Assembly: GCA_964423445.1 (NCBI GenBank)
Contig: CAYREQ010000001.1
Coordinates: forward strand, 1,732-65,731
Reading direction: 5' to 3'
DNA length: 64,000 bases
DNA from: an uncultured Candidatus Saccharibacteria bacterium
GTDB lineage: Bacteria > Patescibacteriota > Minisyncoccia > Phycocordibacterales > UBA9973
Both the position numbers and the translations under genes were made by a program. Positions 30,571-40,780 of the stretch are shown here, in pieces; position 1 is the stretch's first letter, and every line of letters begins with the position of its first letter. Below the pieces are notes generated by a model. It was not told the origin of the DNA and searched no databases. It saw only the letters and a program-made list of their open reading frames with translations.

Positions 30571-32550
30571 ATGGAAATCCCAGAAGTACCCTTTAATAGA
30601 GAACTTACTTATCTTGGAATCACTACTTACCGAGATAAAAATCAGCTTTTTGGTATCAAGCGCAAAGATAGGCGTCAGCATGTATACCTACTCGGAAAGT
30701 CTGGTACAGGTAAATCTGTCTTGATGTTCAACATGATAATTCAAAACATCCAAAACGGGGATGGAGTTTGCCTTGTAGACCCGCACGGAGAAAACGTAGA
30801 AGCTGTCCTCTCTGCTATTCCTCCACATAGAATCAAAGATGTGATTTATTTCAACCCTGCTGATGCCGAGCACCATATTGGTTTCAATGTGCTCGAGCTA
30901 GTAGACCCACAGTATAAACATCTCGTGGCTTCAGGCCTCATGGGTATTTTCACAAAAATTTGGGCAAACGCATGGAGTGCTCGAATGGAATATATTTTGA
31001 ATAATACTATCTTGGCATTATTAGATACTCCAGGCTCTACAATGCTCGGTATTCCTCGTATGCTCGTAGACAAAGATTATCGTCAAAAAATAATCGCGAA
31101 TTTGAAAGATCCTGTCATCAAAGCTTTTTGGGTGCACGAATATGAAGCATGGCAAGATAAATTCCGAAATGAAGCTATCGCTCCGATTCAAAATAAAGTC
31201 GGACAATTTTTATCTACTTCTATAATCCGAAACGTAGTAGGTCAGCAAAAAAGTACGATAAATATTTTTGACATGATGAACGAAGGAAAGATTTTTCTTG
31301 TAAACGTATCAAAGGGAAGAATCGGTGAAGACAACTCAGCCCTACTTGGAGGTATGATAATTACAAAAATTCAGCTGGCAGCCATGGAGCGTGTGCGTAT
31401 ACCCGAAGATGAGAGAAAGGACTTTTATTTATATGTGGACGAATTCCAAAACTTCGTGACAGATGCTTTTGCTAGTATTTTGTCTGAGGCTAGAAAATAT
31501 CGGTTAAACCTGACAGTGGCACACCAGTACACAGCCCAGCTAGTGTCTGATAAGAGTACGGCTGTGCGCGACGCAGTCTTTGGAAACGTAGGTACTATGA
31601 TAGTGTTTAGAGTCGGCTCTGATGATGCTGAATTCTTGGAAAAAGAATTTGAACCAGAATTTACTCCGAGTGATATTGTAAATCTTCCAAACTACAAAAT
31701 ATATTTAAAATTGATGATAGATGGTATCACATCTCGTCCTTTTTCAGCAAAAACATTGCCACCTATGGTAAAGTCTGGAAATAAAGAAATAGAAGATGCT
31801 GTTATAAATTCTTCTCGTGAGCTTTACTGTAGGTCCAAAGAAGACGTGGAGAGGGAAATAAATGAATGGAGTGGTATGTCTTTAGGTAGTGATACAGATG
31901 GACTAGGTATGGCTACAGGCATAGCAGGGAAATTTCCAGTGATATGCTCTATTTGTAAACAAGAGAGGACTGTTCCTTTCAAACCTGAGCCAGGCAGACC
32001 TGTGTATTGTAAAGATTGTATAGCTAAAATAAAATCTGGCGAGCTGAAACCAATCAAGGGCTCTATAAAACAAATCAACCAAGACCAAGATAAATTTTTC
32101 AAACCTTTGGCCGATCTCGGCATAGAGTTTACTGTAAAAGCCCCAACAGGTACAAAAGAAACTAGGGCAAATGAAGACAGATACCCAGAGAGACAAGACA
32201 ATCACACAGAAAATAAAATAATTCCTAAAAAGAAACCAGCACCTAATCTAGGATTAAAAGAAGCATTGAAAAAAGTTTTTTCTATACCAAAAGCTCCTGC
32301 GCCTACTCCCGCTCCAGTAGTACAAAGACCAGAGCCAGAGCCTGTATCATTGGATGTTTTAAAAAATAAAATAAAAGACATAGTTCCACAAAAAGACAAA
32401 TCTGCAAGTACAGAAGATAAAGATAAATTAAAAAATTTAATAGCCGGAGTCACACCATCAGCTGAAAAACAGGGAACTGAGCCACCACTAACAGCTGGAA
32501 ACATAAAAGAAGTACCCGAAGACGTACTGAGAAAAATTCTAGAGGAATAA
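30571..32550 (+). CDS. TraD/VirD4/HerA-like ATPase with CxxC-x17-CxxC domain
   Basis: GKSGTGKS, DPHG, LYVDEFQNF, SEARKY; CSIC-x17-CKDC. Confidence 0.85.
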   Translation: MEIPEVPFNRELTYLGITTYRDKNQLFGIKRKDRRQHVYLLGKSGTGKSVLMFNMIIQNIQNGDGVCLVDPHGENVEAVLSAIPPHRIKDVIYFNPADAEHHIGFNVLELVDPQYKHLVASGLMGIFTKIWANAWSARMEYILNNTILALLDTPGSTMLGIPRMLVDKDYRQKIIANLKDPVIKAFWVHEYEAWQDKFRNEAIAPIQNKVGQFLSTSIIRNVVGQQKSTINIFDMMNEGKIFLVNVSKGRIGEDNSALLGGMIITKIQLAAMERVRIPEDERKDFYLYVDEFQNFVTDAFASILSEARKYRLNLTVAHQYTAQLVSDKSTAVRDAVFGNVGTMIVFRVGSDDAEFLEKEFEPEFTPSDIVNLPNYKIYLKLMIDGITSRPFSAKTLPPMVKSGNKEIEDAVINSSRELYCRSKEDVEREINEWSGMSLGSDTDGLGMATGIAGKFPVICSICKQERTVPFKPEPGRPVYCKDCIAKIKSGELKPIKGSIKQINQDQDKFFKPLADLGIEFTVKAPTGTKETRANEDRYPERQDNHTENKIIPKKKPAPNLGLKEALKKVFSIPKAPAPTPAPVVQRPEPEPVSLDVLKNKIKDIVPQKDKSASTEDKDKLKNLIAGVTPSAEKQGTEPPLTAGNIKEVPEDVLRKILEE

Positions 32551-32554
32551 AATT

Positions 32555-34012
32555 ATGCCAAAACCAAATCGAGTACAAATAATCAAATATGGTCCACCGC
32601 CACCAGAGCTTCCAGTCTTTGGTAAAGTAAAACCCGAAGAGGTTTCTTTTATTGGGCGTACAAATTATGTGGCTTCTCTCGAGGAGAAAAAATTCGTTTT
32701 TGGTATAAAGCGCATAGATAGGAGAAGACACCTATATATCATAGGAAAGTCTGGAGTAGGAAAGACAAAATTGATGGAGCTTTTTTTACGCCAAGATATT
32801 TCTTATAATCATGGACTTTGCCTGATTGACCCACACGGAGATGTGATAGATGCGATGCTCGATTATATTCCAAGAGAGCGTATAGAAGATGTGTGCATGA
32901 TAGACCCGACAGATGTAGACTTTCCAGCATCTTTCAATCCGCTTGCAAACGTAGATCCGCTTTTTAAATTTCAGCTCACCCAAGGCCTAATCGAGGTATT
33001 TCAAAAGCAATTCGGTGCAAATTGGACACCTAGACTAGAGCACGTATTTCGTTTTACTTGTCTGGCGCTCTTGGATTACCCACATGCGACAATGCGCGGA
33101 ATGATTTCAATGCTGACTGACAGAAATTACAGACAAAAAGTAGTGGAATATATTACTGATGACATGGTAAAGAGATTCTTTGCTATAGAATTCGCTGATT
33201 GGTCTGAAAAATTTGATACAGATGCTATTATCCCACTCGTAAACAAGCTCGGGCAATTCCTCTCTGACCCACTACTCCGAAATATATTTGGACAAAAGCA
33301 AAACAAAATAGATATTTCAAAATTGATGAATGAAGGAAAAATCATTTTGATAAACCTTTCAAAGGGTCGCCTCGGAGAAGAGAATTCTAGTTTCCTAGGC
33401 TCTATGTTTTTGACAAAAATCAAACAAGCCGGAATGGAGCGGGCGAGTATACCCGAAAAAGATCGTGTAGATTTTTATCTTTATGTAGACGAGTTCCAAA
33501 ACGTCGTCACAAATACTTTTGAAAATATCTTATCCGAGGCGCGTAAATATGGACTAAACCTCACCATTGCTCACCAATATGTAGGACAGCTAATTCCAAA
33601 AGTTCAGCAAGCGGTCCTCGGAAATACTGGAGCACTCATATGCTTCCGTGTGGGTGGTGAAGATGCAGTAAAATTAAAACCAGAGTTTGCCCCAATATTC
33701 GATGTGAAAGATATGATAAATTTGGCTGTCGGAGAAATTTATATCAAGATGACAATAGATGGAGAATCTTACGACCCATTTTCTGCTGAGACTTTAAAAA
33801 TTCTTCCACCGACACATCCTTCATATAGAGAAGAAATAATAGCAGCATCTAGAAGAAAATATTCTATATCAAAGGATGATGCAGCAAAATTGATAGCCGA
33901 AGAAGAAGCTACTATCATCCGAAGTGCTGAAGAAAAGAAAATAATTGAAGGAAAAACAAAAGACAATGTGAATAGTTCTCAGTCTTCACAAGAAGCTGAA
34001 CCTATGATATAG
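32555..34012 (+). CDS. Second TraD/VirD4/HerA-like ATPase
   Basis: GKSGVGKT, DPHGD, LYVDEFQN, SEARKY. Confidence 0.85.
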   Translation: MPKPNRVQIIKYGPPPPELPVFGKVKPEEVSFIGRTNYVASLEEKKFVFGIKRIDRRRHLYIIGKSGVGKTKLMELFLRQDISYNHGLCLIDPHGDVIDAMLDYIPRERIEDVCMIDPTDVDFPASFNPLANVDPLFKFQLTQGLIEVFQKQFGANWTPRLEHVFRFTCLALLDYPHATMRGMISMLTDRNYRQKVVEYITDDMVKRFFAIEFADWSEKFDTDAIIPLVNKLGQFLSDPLLRNIFGQKQNKIDISKLMNEGKIILINLSKGRLGEENSSFLGSMFLTKIKQAGMERASIPEKDRVDFYLYVDEFQNVVTNTFENILSEARKYGLNLTIAHQYVGQLIPKVQQAVLGNTGALICFRVGGEDAVKLKPEFAPIFDVKDMINLAVGEIYIKMTIDGESYDPFSAETLKILPPTHPSYREEIIAASRRKYSISKDDAAKLIAEEEATIIRSAEEKKIIEGKTKDNVNSSQSSQEAEPMI

Positions 34013-34028
34013 TTGTTAAAATAACGTT

Positions 34029-35120
34029 ATGAATAAAGACTATTATGAAATTTTAGGTGTTAATAAGAGTGCCTCCAAAGAAGAAATCAAGAAGGCTTTT
34101 TACAAGTTGGCGCACAAATACCACCCTGATAAAAAAGAGGGAAATGAGGCTAAATTTAAGCAGGTAAACGAAGCTTATCAGGTATTATCTGATGACAGTA
34201 AGCGTTCAAAGTATGACCAATTTGGAGCAGGGTATGAAAATATGGGAGGAAATCCTTATGGAGGTCAGCAAGGTGGCTTTGGCGGTTTTGATTTTTCTGG
34301 TTTCCAAAATGGTTTCGGGGGAGGCGGAGCTGAATTTGATTTTGGAAACTTAAATGATATCTTTAGTGATTTCTTTGGAGGTGGAAGACCACAACAGAGA
34401 CGAGGCCGTGATATATCTACTGAAATACAAATATCATTTGCTGATTCAATTTTTGGTACAAATAGAAAAATTTTAATCACAAAGACATCTAGCTGTCTCA
34501 CATGTAAAGGTTCTGGTGCAAAATCTGGTACAAAGATGGAGACATGCAAGACATGCAATGGTCAAGGAAAAATTCATGAAGCTAAGCGTTCATTTTTAGG
34601 TACTATCTCAAGTACAAAGCTTTGTGATAATTGTCATGGTGCTGGAGAAGTTCCAAAAGAAAAATGTGATACATGTAAAGGCCACGGTGTACTTCGCCGA
34701 GAAGAAGAAGTCTCAATAGCAATTCCAGCTGGTATCAGAAATGGAGAGATGATTCGCATGACAGGTATGGGTGAGGCAGTATCAAAAGGTACCACAGGAG
34801 ACTTGTATATAAAGATAAATGTAATACCACACGCTATATTTGCTCGTGAAGGTCATGACTTGGTAATGAGTTTGAATTTAAAACTTTCCGATGCATTGCT
34901 CGGTATGAAATATCCGATAGAGACATTGGATGGAAAAATAGAAGTGACTATACCAGAAGGTGTATCCATAAATGAAATTCTTCGCGTGCGAGGCAAGGGT
35001 GTACCTATGGGTAAAAACAAGAGAGGAGACTTGCTCATAAAGCTAAACATAAAAATGCCTACAAAAATTTCTCGCAAATCTCGAGAGTTAATAGAAGAAC
35101 TCAAAAAAGACGGCATATAA
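34029..35120 (+). CDS. dnaJ: Chaperone DnaJ
   Basis: HPD, G/F region, four CxxCxGxG. Confidence 0.96.
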   Translation: MNKDYYEILGVNKSASKEEIKKAFYKLAHKYHPDKKEGNEAKFKQVNEAYQVLSDDSKRSKYDQFGAGYENMGGNPYGGQQGGFGGFDFSGFQNGFGGGGAEFDFGNLNDIFSDFFGGGRPQQRRGRDISTEIQISFADSIFGTNRKILITKTSSCLTCKGSGAKSGTKMETCKTCNGQGKIHEAKRSFLGTISSTKLCDNCHGAGEVPKEKCDTCKGHGVLRREEEVSIAIPAGIRNGEMIRMTGMGEAVSKGTTGDLYIKINVIPHAIFAREGHDLVMSLNLKLSDALLGMKYPIETLDGKIEVTIPEGVSINEILRVRGKGVPMGKNKRGDLLIKLNIKMPTKISRKSRELIEELKKDGI

Positions 35121-35132
35121 ACCCACAGAAAA

Positions 35133-35720
35133 ATGCTACCAGAATACATAATTTTTTTCGCAATTTTCCTAAATTTAATAGGACAAGTTTTTTATATAAA
35201 AAGTATTTTAAAAGGTGAAGCCAGACCAAATTTAGTCACTTGGTTTATATGGATGCTGGCACCATTTATCGGTGTATTTTTTCAATTAAAAGCCGGAGCA
35301 GGCTTATCTATTTTACCTATATTTATGGCTGGTTTTGGACCTCTTATAATTATTATTGCAGCTCTTTTGAAAAGGAATAATTTTTGGAAGACAACTCCTT
35401 TTGATATTTATTGTGGCTTGTTAGCCATTATTACTTTGTTTTGTTATGTACTTACTCAAAACTTAGGATTATCAATAATCTTTGCGATACTTACTGATGT
35501 GCTCGCTTCTATTCCTACTATTGTAAAGTCATGGAAATTTCCCGAGACAGAATCTAGCTCTGCGTATATAGGTGCTGTCGTTTCAAATATCATTGGTTTA
35601 CTGATTATTAAAAATTGGTCTTTTTCTATATATTCTTTTGGAGTTTGGCTCGTAGTATTAAATCTTGGATTAACAATTATAATACATCGCAAAAAAATTA
35701 TACTTTGGTATACTAAATAA
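35133..35720 (+). CDS. Multi-TM membrane protein of unknown function
   Basis: About 7 hydrophobic segments; PNLVTW and PTIVKSW.FPETE motifs. Confidence 0.7.
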   Translation: MLPEYIIFFAIFLNLIGQVFYIKSILKGEARPNLVTWFIWMLAPFIGVFFQLKAGAGLSILPIFMAGFGPLIIIIAALLKRNNFWKTTPFDIYCGLLAIITLFCYVLTQNLGLSIIFAILTDVLASIPTIVKSWKFPETESSSAYIGAVVSNIIGLLIIKNWSFSIYSFGVWLVVLNLGLTIIIHRKKIILWYTK

Positions 35721-35721
35721 T

Positions 35722-36588
35722 ATGAACGAAGAAATACCAAACAATTTTTTAGGGATAGACGAAGTGGCACAAGGTGATGCCGATGTTTTTATATTACCTA
35801 TTCCACTCGAAGCCACAGTGAGCTATGGCAAAGGCACAGGCAGGGGTCCAGAGGCAATCATAAAAGCTTCACAGCAAGTAGAGCTATACGACCACGAGCT
35901 TGGCTATGAAGTGCAGGAAAAGGTAAAAATAAAGACTTTACCATTTGTAAAACTTCCAGAGGGATTAAACTCTAGCAATGCGGACACAGCTCAGCCTATA
36001 ATTACTAGTGCCGTCGCACCATTTACAGATAAATTTGTATTGAGCTTGGGTGGGGAGCACGCTATTACTCCGGCTCTCGTCAGTGAGTATAAAAAGAAAT
36101 ATCCAGATTTATCTATTTTGTATTTTGATGCACACACAGATATGCGAGAAGAGTGGGGTGATACAAAATGGTCTCATGCTTGTGCCGCACGACGTTGCCA
36201 AGATAACCATGGTATAAAAAATATCGTCTGGGTGGGGACACGAAATACTTCGCTAGGTGAACAGCAATATATAAATAAAGAGCAAGTAAACTATGGTAAT
36301 ACCTATGATCTAAAAAAGATTTTGAGCCAGCTCGGACCAAATGTATACATTTCTTTTGATGTAGATGTATTTGATGTCTCTACCATGCCGGCTACAGGAA
36401 CACCAGAACCAGGAGGAATTTCTTGGTATCAAGCTATGGAAATATTTGAAGCAGTCACTCGAGAAAAAAATGTAGTCGGTGCAGATATTGCTGAATGTGC
36501 CCCTATACCTACGCCTGGATTTCATGGTTATGATTTTCTAGTAGCCAAACTAGCTTTTAAACTAATCGGGTATAAATTTAGAAAATAA
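35722..36588 (+). CDS. speB: Agmatinase (ureohydrolase family)
   Basis: GGEH, DAHTD, SFDVDVFD, TGTPEPGG. Confidence 0.88.
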   Translation: MNEEIPNNFLGIDEVAQGDADVFILPIPLEATVSYGKGTGRGPEAIIKASQQVELYDHELGYEVQEKVKIKTLPFVKLPEGLNSSNADTAQPIITSAVAPFTDKFVLSLGGEHAITPALVSEYKKKYPDLSILYFDAHTDMREEWGDTKWSHACAARRCQDNHGIKNIVWVGTRNTSLGEQQYINKEQVNYGNTYDLKKILSQLGPNVYISFDVDVFDVSTMPATGTPEPGGISWYQAMEIFEAVTREKNVVGADIAECAPIPTPGFHGYDFLVAKLAFKLIGYKFRK

Positions 36589-36681
36589 TACCAATTTGAC
36601 CGATATACTAAAAGTGTGTTAGAAAGTATATAGAAATGTAATTTCTAAAATCCAAATAATAAGTAAGGAGATAGAAAAACT

Positions 36682-37152
36682 ATGCAAAAACCAAGCATAG
36701 GTCGTGTCGATTTCGAAGTCGATCGGTCGAGGAAAATCGTGTTTCCACCTAGCGTTCGTGGAGATGTATTTAAGCCAGAAGACGAGCTTCTGCGTCCTGC
36801 GCAGTACACCTTGGACCATTTGGGTCTTTGGTATGCTGAAGGTCAACAAGGAAAATATCTAAATGGCTGGGAAGTTTTTGCTTCGGTTTCCCAAAAACCG
36901 ACAGAATCCTTTCTCAGCTGGAATGATGGTTTCCAGTTTACAAAATCACCGAGCCTTTTTATCGAGAGGTTCGGCCGCGAAAAGCAGTACGTGCTCTGGG
37001 GCAGTACTGTATTCAACAACGACAAAGGGTTTGTTCCTTTGGTTTACGCTCTTCAGAAAATAGATAAAGTTTTCTTTTTATGGGAAGACCTCAAGAGCGT
37101 CTTTTTCGGGAAAGATCGGCCCGCACTTCGTTTCACCACTCCTGGCACTTGA
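36682..37152 (+). CDS. Accessory hypothetical protein
   Basis: AAGGAG SD, GC-richer codons than neighbours, own terminator. Confidence 0.65.
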   Translation: MQKPSIGRVDFEVDRSRKIVFPPSVRGDVFKPEDELLRPAQYTLDHLGLWYAEGQQGKYLNGWEVFASVSQKPTESFLSWNDGFQFTKSPSLFIERFGREKQYVLWGSTVFNNDKGFVPLVYALQKIDKVFFLWEDLKSVFFGKDRPALRFTTPGT

Positions 37153-37189
37153 TGTATAAATGTTTTTGGAAAGTATCACATAACTTTCC

Positions 37190-37214
37190 CCTCGGAAATA
37201 TTCCGAGGTTTTTT
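37190..37214 (+). terminator. Terminator (CCTCGGAA stem)
   Basis: CCTCGGAA-ATA-TTCCGAGG-TTTTTT. Confidence 0.7.
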
Positions 37215-37216
37215 AT

Positions 37217-38590
37217 TTATATTTTGTAAACCCTCTGTCCGTCGCTAGTATCTTTTACTTCAAAACCGAGATTGTTTATTTCTTTTCTTAATTCGTCAGA
37301 TTTTGTATAGTCTGTATTTTTTCTAGCTGCCTCTCTTTCTTTTACAAGTTCTAAAATATTTTCTGGTATTGTTTCTTCTTTCAAATTTTCAAACCCAAGG
37401 CCGAGTACTTTATCAAAATCAAGCACAGTAGCTTTTTTATCAGCATTAGATATTTTCTCATCTTTCAACAAATCCCAAAGCACTGTGAGGGCTCGTGGTG
37501 TATCTAAGTCATCGTCTATAAAATTTTTGAATTTCTGCTGATATTCTTTGTTTATTTCCCCAGATTCCTCTCCCAGCATTAAATACATATTATAAAGGCG
37601 TTTTAGGGCAGTCTCAGCACCTTCTAGGGCATCCCAGTTGAAGTTTACCTTGGTTCGATAGCTTGCCATTAAAAGTAAAAAACGATAGGTGAGGGGATTT
37701 ATATTTTTTTCTATTAGACTTCCCAGTTTTAAAAAGTTCCCAGCTGATTTTGCCATTTTTGCACCAGCTACATCTACATGCTCACTATGTATCCAGAATT
37801 TTACAAAAGGTTTTTTGCCTGTAGCAGATTCTGATTGAGCAATTTCATTTGTATGGTGTGTGGGAATAAGATCAATTCCTCCAGTATGAATATCAAATTG
37901 TTCAGCCAAAAACTTCATACCAATAGCCGAACATTCTATATGCCATCCAGGAAAACCTTTACCCCATTTTGAGTCGTAGCCAATTTTTGAATTGAATTTC
38001 CAAAGTGCAAAATCTTCAGGATTTTTTTTCTCTGGGTTTTCAGCAATTCGTGCATGATCTTCATCGCGGGCTATTTTACCCCCAGTCAGTATCCCGTAAT
38101 CAGCCATTTTCGCTGTATCAAAATAAAGTCCATCGCTGGTTTTGTATGCGTATCCTTTTTCTTCCAATTTCTCTACGAGCTCTGCATCTTCTGTTACATA
38201 GTCACTCGCAAAATAAATATTCTTTGGAACTTCAATATTTAGCCTAGTTAAATCATCCTTGAATTTTTCTGTGTAAAATTCTGCGAGCTCACGCATATTT
38301 TTAAGTGTAAGCTCTTTTCCTTCACGCACTAGTGCAGCAGTCATTTTGTCTTCACCAGTATCTGCATCACTAGACATAATACCTATGTCTGTAATATTCA
38401 TTACTCTTTTTACTCGGTATCCAGAATATTCTAAAGTTTTTTGTAATACATCAGCAAATACATATGCACGCAGGTTTCCTATGTGGGCATAGTTGTTTAC
38501 CGTAGGTCCGCAACTATAAAAAGTCACCTCATCTTTATTGATAGGTATAAATTCTTCTTTTTTTCTACCGAGAGTGTTGTAAAGTTTCAT
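37217..38590 (-). CDS. cysS: Cysteine--tRNA ligase
   Basis: CGPTV, HIGN, PGWHIECS, KMAKS. Confidence 0.96.
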   Translation of the reverse strand: MKLYNTLGRKKEEFIPINKDEVTFYSCGPTVNNYAHIGNLRAYVFADVLQKTLEYSGYRVKRVMNITDIGIMSSDADTGEDKMTAALVREGKELTLKNMRELAEFYTEKFKDDLTRLNIEVPKNIYFASDYVTEDAELVEKLEEKGYAYKTSDGLYFDTAKMADYGILTGGKIARDEDHARIAENPEKKNPEDFALWKFNSKIGYDSKWGKGFPGWHIECSAIGMKFLAEQFDIHTGGIDLIPTHHTNEIAQSESATGKKPFVKFWIHSEHVDVAGAKMAKSAGNFLKLGSLIEKNINPLTYRFLLLMASYRTKVNFNWDALEGAETALKRLYNMYLMLGEESGEINKEYQQKFKNFIDDDLDTPRALTVLWDLLKDEKISNADKKATVLDFDKVLGLGFENLKEETIPENILELVKEREAARKNTDYTKSDELRKEINNLGFEVKDTSDGQRVYKI

Positions 38591-38603
38591 TTCTAAAAAG
38601 TAC

Positions 38604-39629
38604 TTATGAGACTATGTTTTGATTAAATTCATTTCTGTATATTGAAATGAGGGAGTAGAGCAGACTGATTACCAGTGGCCCTACTAGTACACCTACAGGA
38701 CCCAAGAAAGAAATACCACCCAATACAGAAAACAAAATCAAGATAGATGGGATGTTCATTTTTCTTCCGACTACGAGTGGTCCGAGCAGATTGTCTATGA
38801 GCCCTACGATGACCACAGACCAAACCAAAAGGCCGACAGCTCCTGTCGTGTTTCCAGTAGCGAAAAGAAAAATGATAGCAGGTATAGATACGAGTGAAGT
38901 ACCAAATGTCGGAATAAAAGACATCACAGCAGCGACTACTCCCCAGAGTGCTCCATTTGGAACATTGAAAATCCAAAAACCAAAACCAAGCAATATACCT
39001 TGTGCGAGAGCTATAAGTAGTGAACCTTTGACTACTCCATTTACTGCCAAAGTTAGTCTAGAGATTATTCTCTCGTCATCTTCTTTTACGAGTGGACTAA
39101 GCGAGATGATAGATTCTCGCCATCTTGCTCCATCTTTTAGTAAATAAAAAATAATTAAGAGCATTAATATAAATGAAAAGAATGCAGAAATTGTGCTACT
39201 AAAAATAGTAGTGATATGGCTAGATAAATACGATACAAACTCTGTAGCTTTTTGGTTTATGTCAAAAACTACACCGTCTGGCAAGACATTGTTTACTTTG
39301 TAGTTTATTTTTTCCAAAATTGGGGAAGTATTCAAATCACTACTCAAGACTTTTTGGTAAACACTCTGGCTTTGTTTGAAAACCAAAGCACCGATACCAA
39401 GTAAGGGGCCACACACTAAAATAGTAAATAGAACTACTGTGATTAATGCAGATAAAGTCTCAGGAATTCCTTTTTTTGAGAGCCATTCATATATAGGATA
39501 TAGAACTATTGAAAAGGATATTCCGAGTACGATTATTATCCAAAAAGGTTGGAAAATTAGGAAAGTAAAAATAAACGTTCCGAGCAATAGCCCAAAGAAG
39601 AAGAACCTTTCTATTATTTTTGTTTGCAT
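38604..39629 (-). CDS. AI-2E family transporter
   Basis: Multi-TM, IDNLLGP, LGG...G..G...GP; ATG at 39629 follows TGcTACAAT. Confidence 0.85.
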   Translation of the reverse strand: MQTKIIERFFFFGLLLGTFIFTFLIFQPFWIIIVLGISFSIVLYPIYEWLSKKGIPETLSALITVVLFTILVCGPLLGIGALVFKQSQSVYQKVLSSDLNTSPILEKINYKVNNVLPDGVVFDINQKATEFVSYLSSHITTIFSSTISAFFSFILMLLIIFYLLKDGARWRESIISLSPLVKEDDERIISRLTLAVNGVVKGSLLIALAQGILLGFGFWIFNVPNGALWGVVAAVMSFIPTFGTSLVSIPAIIFLFATGNTTGAVGLLVWSVVIVGLIDNLLGPLVVGRKMNIPSILILFSVLGGISFLGPVGVLVGPLVISLLYSLISIYRNEFNQNIVS

Positions 39630-39720
39630 AGCATCATTGTAGCAAAAACCCTGCCTGAGACCAAGCCCAAATGGCCTCGGGGTTGCTTTTTTACGAAATA
39701 TCCTATAATATATAGACCAT

Positions 39721-40056
39721 ATGAAAACAGAGGAATTTGCAGTAATAAAGACAGGCGGAAAGCAATACAAGGTCTCAAAAGGGGCCGTTATTTCTATTGA
39801 AAAGATCAAAAATGCTAAGGCTGATTACAAGAAAGGGGACAAGCTTACTTTTGATAAAGTATTGCTTGTAGATAGTGGCAAAGACGTGACTATCGGTACA
39901 CCTTATATAGATGGAGCAAAAGTAGAGGCTGAAATCTTAGAGGTTGGCCGTGCTCGAAAAATTCTTGTTGTAAAATATAAACAAAAATCTCGATACCTAC
40001 GAAGGAACGGGCACAGACAGCCTTTCTTTAAGATTAAAGTTACTTCTATAAACTAA
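39721..40056 (+). CDS. rplU: 50S ribosomal protein L21
   Basis: AVIKTGGKQYKV, GTPY, GHRQ. Confidence 0.96.
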   Translation: MKTEEFAVIKTGGKQYKVSKGAVISIEKIKNAKADYKKGDKLTFDKVLLVDSGKDVTIGTPYIDGAKVEAEILEVGRARKILVVKYKQKSRYLRRNGHRQPFFKIKVTSIN

Positions 40057-40057
40057 T

Positions 40058-40087
40058 AAAAAAACCACTCGAGAGAGTGGTTTTTTT
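40058..40087. terminator. Bidirectional terminator
   Basis: AAAAAACCACTC-GAGA-GAGTGGTTTTTT between convergent genes. Confidence 0.8.
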
Positions 40088-40700
40088 ATTGCCTATTTTT
40101 TAGGGCATTTTTTAGAGTGTCGTTGTCAGAGTATTCTAGCTCGGTGCCGGTGGAAAGACCTTTGCCTAATGATGATATTTTTATGTTTTGTTTTTCTGCA
40201 ATATCTTTTATTTGTTCGCGGACATATTGGTCAGTATAGTCACCTTGAGGGGACAATGAAAAAGCTATGATTATTTCTTGTAACCCACCAGAGGCAGACG
40301 AGATTTTCTTTTTTAATTCTTCAATACGTACTCGGCTTTTGGTATTTTTTTCTACTATCGGCACCAATCCACCCAAGATAAAATATTTTCCATTATAAAC
40401 TCCACTTTTTTCTACGCTCTCTAGGTCCGAATCTTTTTCTACTATCATGAGAGTACTCGCATCTATGTTTGGATTACTACAAATCTCACAGATAGTACTT
40501 TTTGTTTTTGTATTTAAAAAGAATTTATAACATTCCTTACATTGAGATACTTCTCTTTTCAGCTCCAAGACGAGCTTGCTCAAGCTTTCTGCATAGTTTG
40601 GATTTTTAAACATCAGGAAATAAACAAAACGCCTTGCTTGACGCTCCCCAATACCTGGAAAATCTTTAAATACTTCAGTTAATTTGTCTATTATGTCCAT
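40086..40700 (-). CDS. recR: Recombination protein RecR
   Basis: PGIG, CxxC...CxxC, TOPRIM, ELEYSD. Confidence 0.92.
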   Translation of the reverse strand: MDIIDKLTEVFKDFPGIGERQARRFVYFLMFKNPNYAESLSKLVLELKREVSQCKECYKFFLNTKTKSTICEICSNPNIDASTLMIVEKDSDLESVEKSGVYNGKYFILGGLVPIVEKNTKSRVRIEELKKKISSASGGLQEIIIAFSLSPQGDYTDQYVREQIKDIAEKQNIKISSLGKGLSTGTELEYSDNDTLKNALKNRQ

Positions 40701-40706
40701 AACTTT

Positions 40707-40776
40707 ATAAGTATAGCAAAAATTCGCCGCTTTACCCTAAAGGGCTCCGACACGGACTCATTTTTGCTATACTTAT
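40707..40776. repeat. Palindromic element, family 1, copy B
   Basis: 17-bp arms ATAAGTATAGCAAAAAT/ATTTTTGCTATACTTAT around TCGCCGCTTTACCCTAAAGGGCTCCGACACGGACTC. Confidence 0.92.
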
Positions 40777-40780
40777 CTTA

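Noticed and set aside
30571-34012. Conjugative element or ICE
   Set aside because: No integrase, relaxase, att sites or other T4SS genes; composition matches the core genome.
39641-39690. GC-rich imperfect hairpin between the AI-2E gene and rplU as a riboswitch
   Set aside because: Short, matches no aptamer I recognise, and lies upstream of both -10 boxes.
38604-39809. 401-aa version of the AI-2E transporter
   Set aside because: The extension overlaps rplU; ATG 39629 has an extended -10 box 6 nt upstream.
40281-40305. SASGG segment in RecR as another mini-palindrome insertion
   Set aside because: TCTGCC-TCT-GGTGGG pairing is weak and single-copy here; it needs ortholog alignment.
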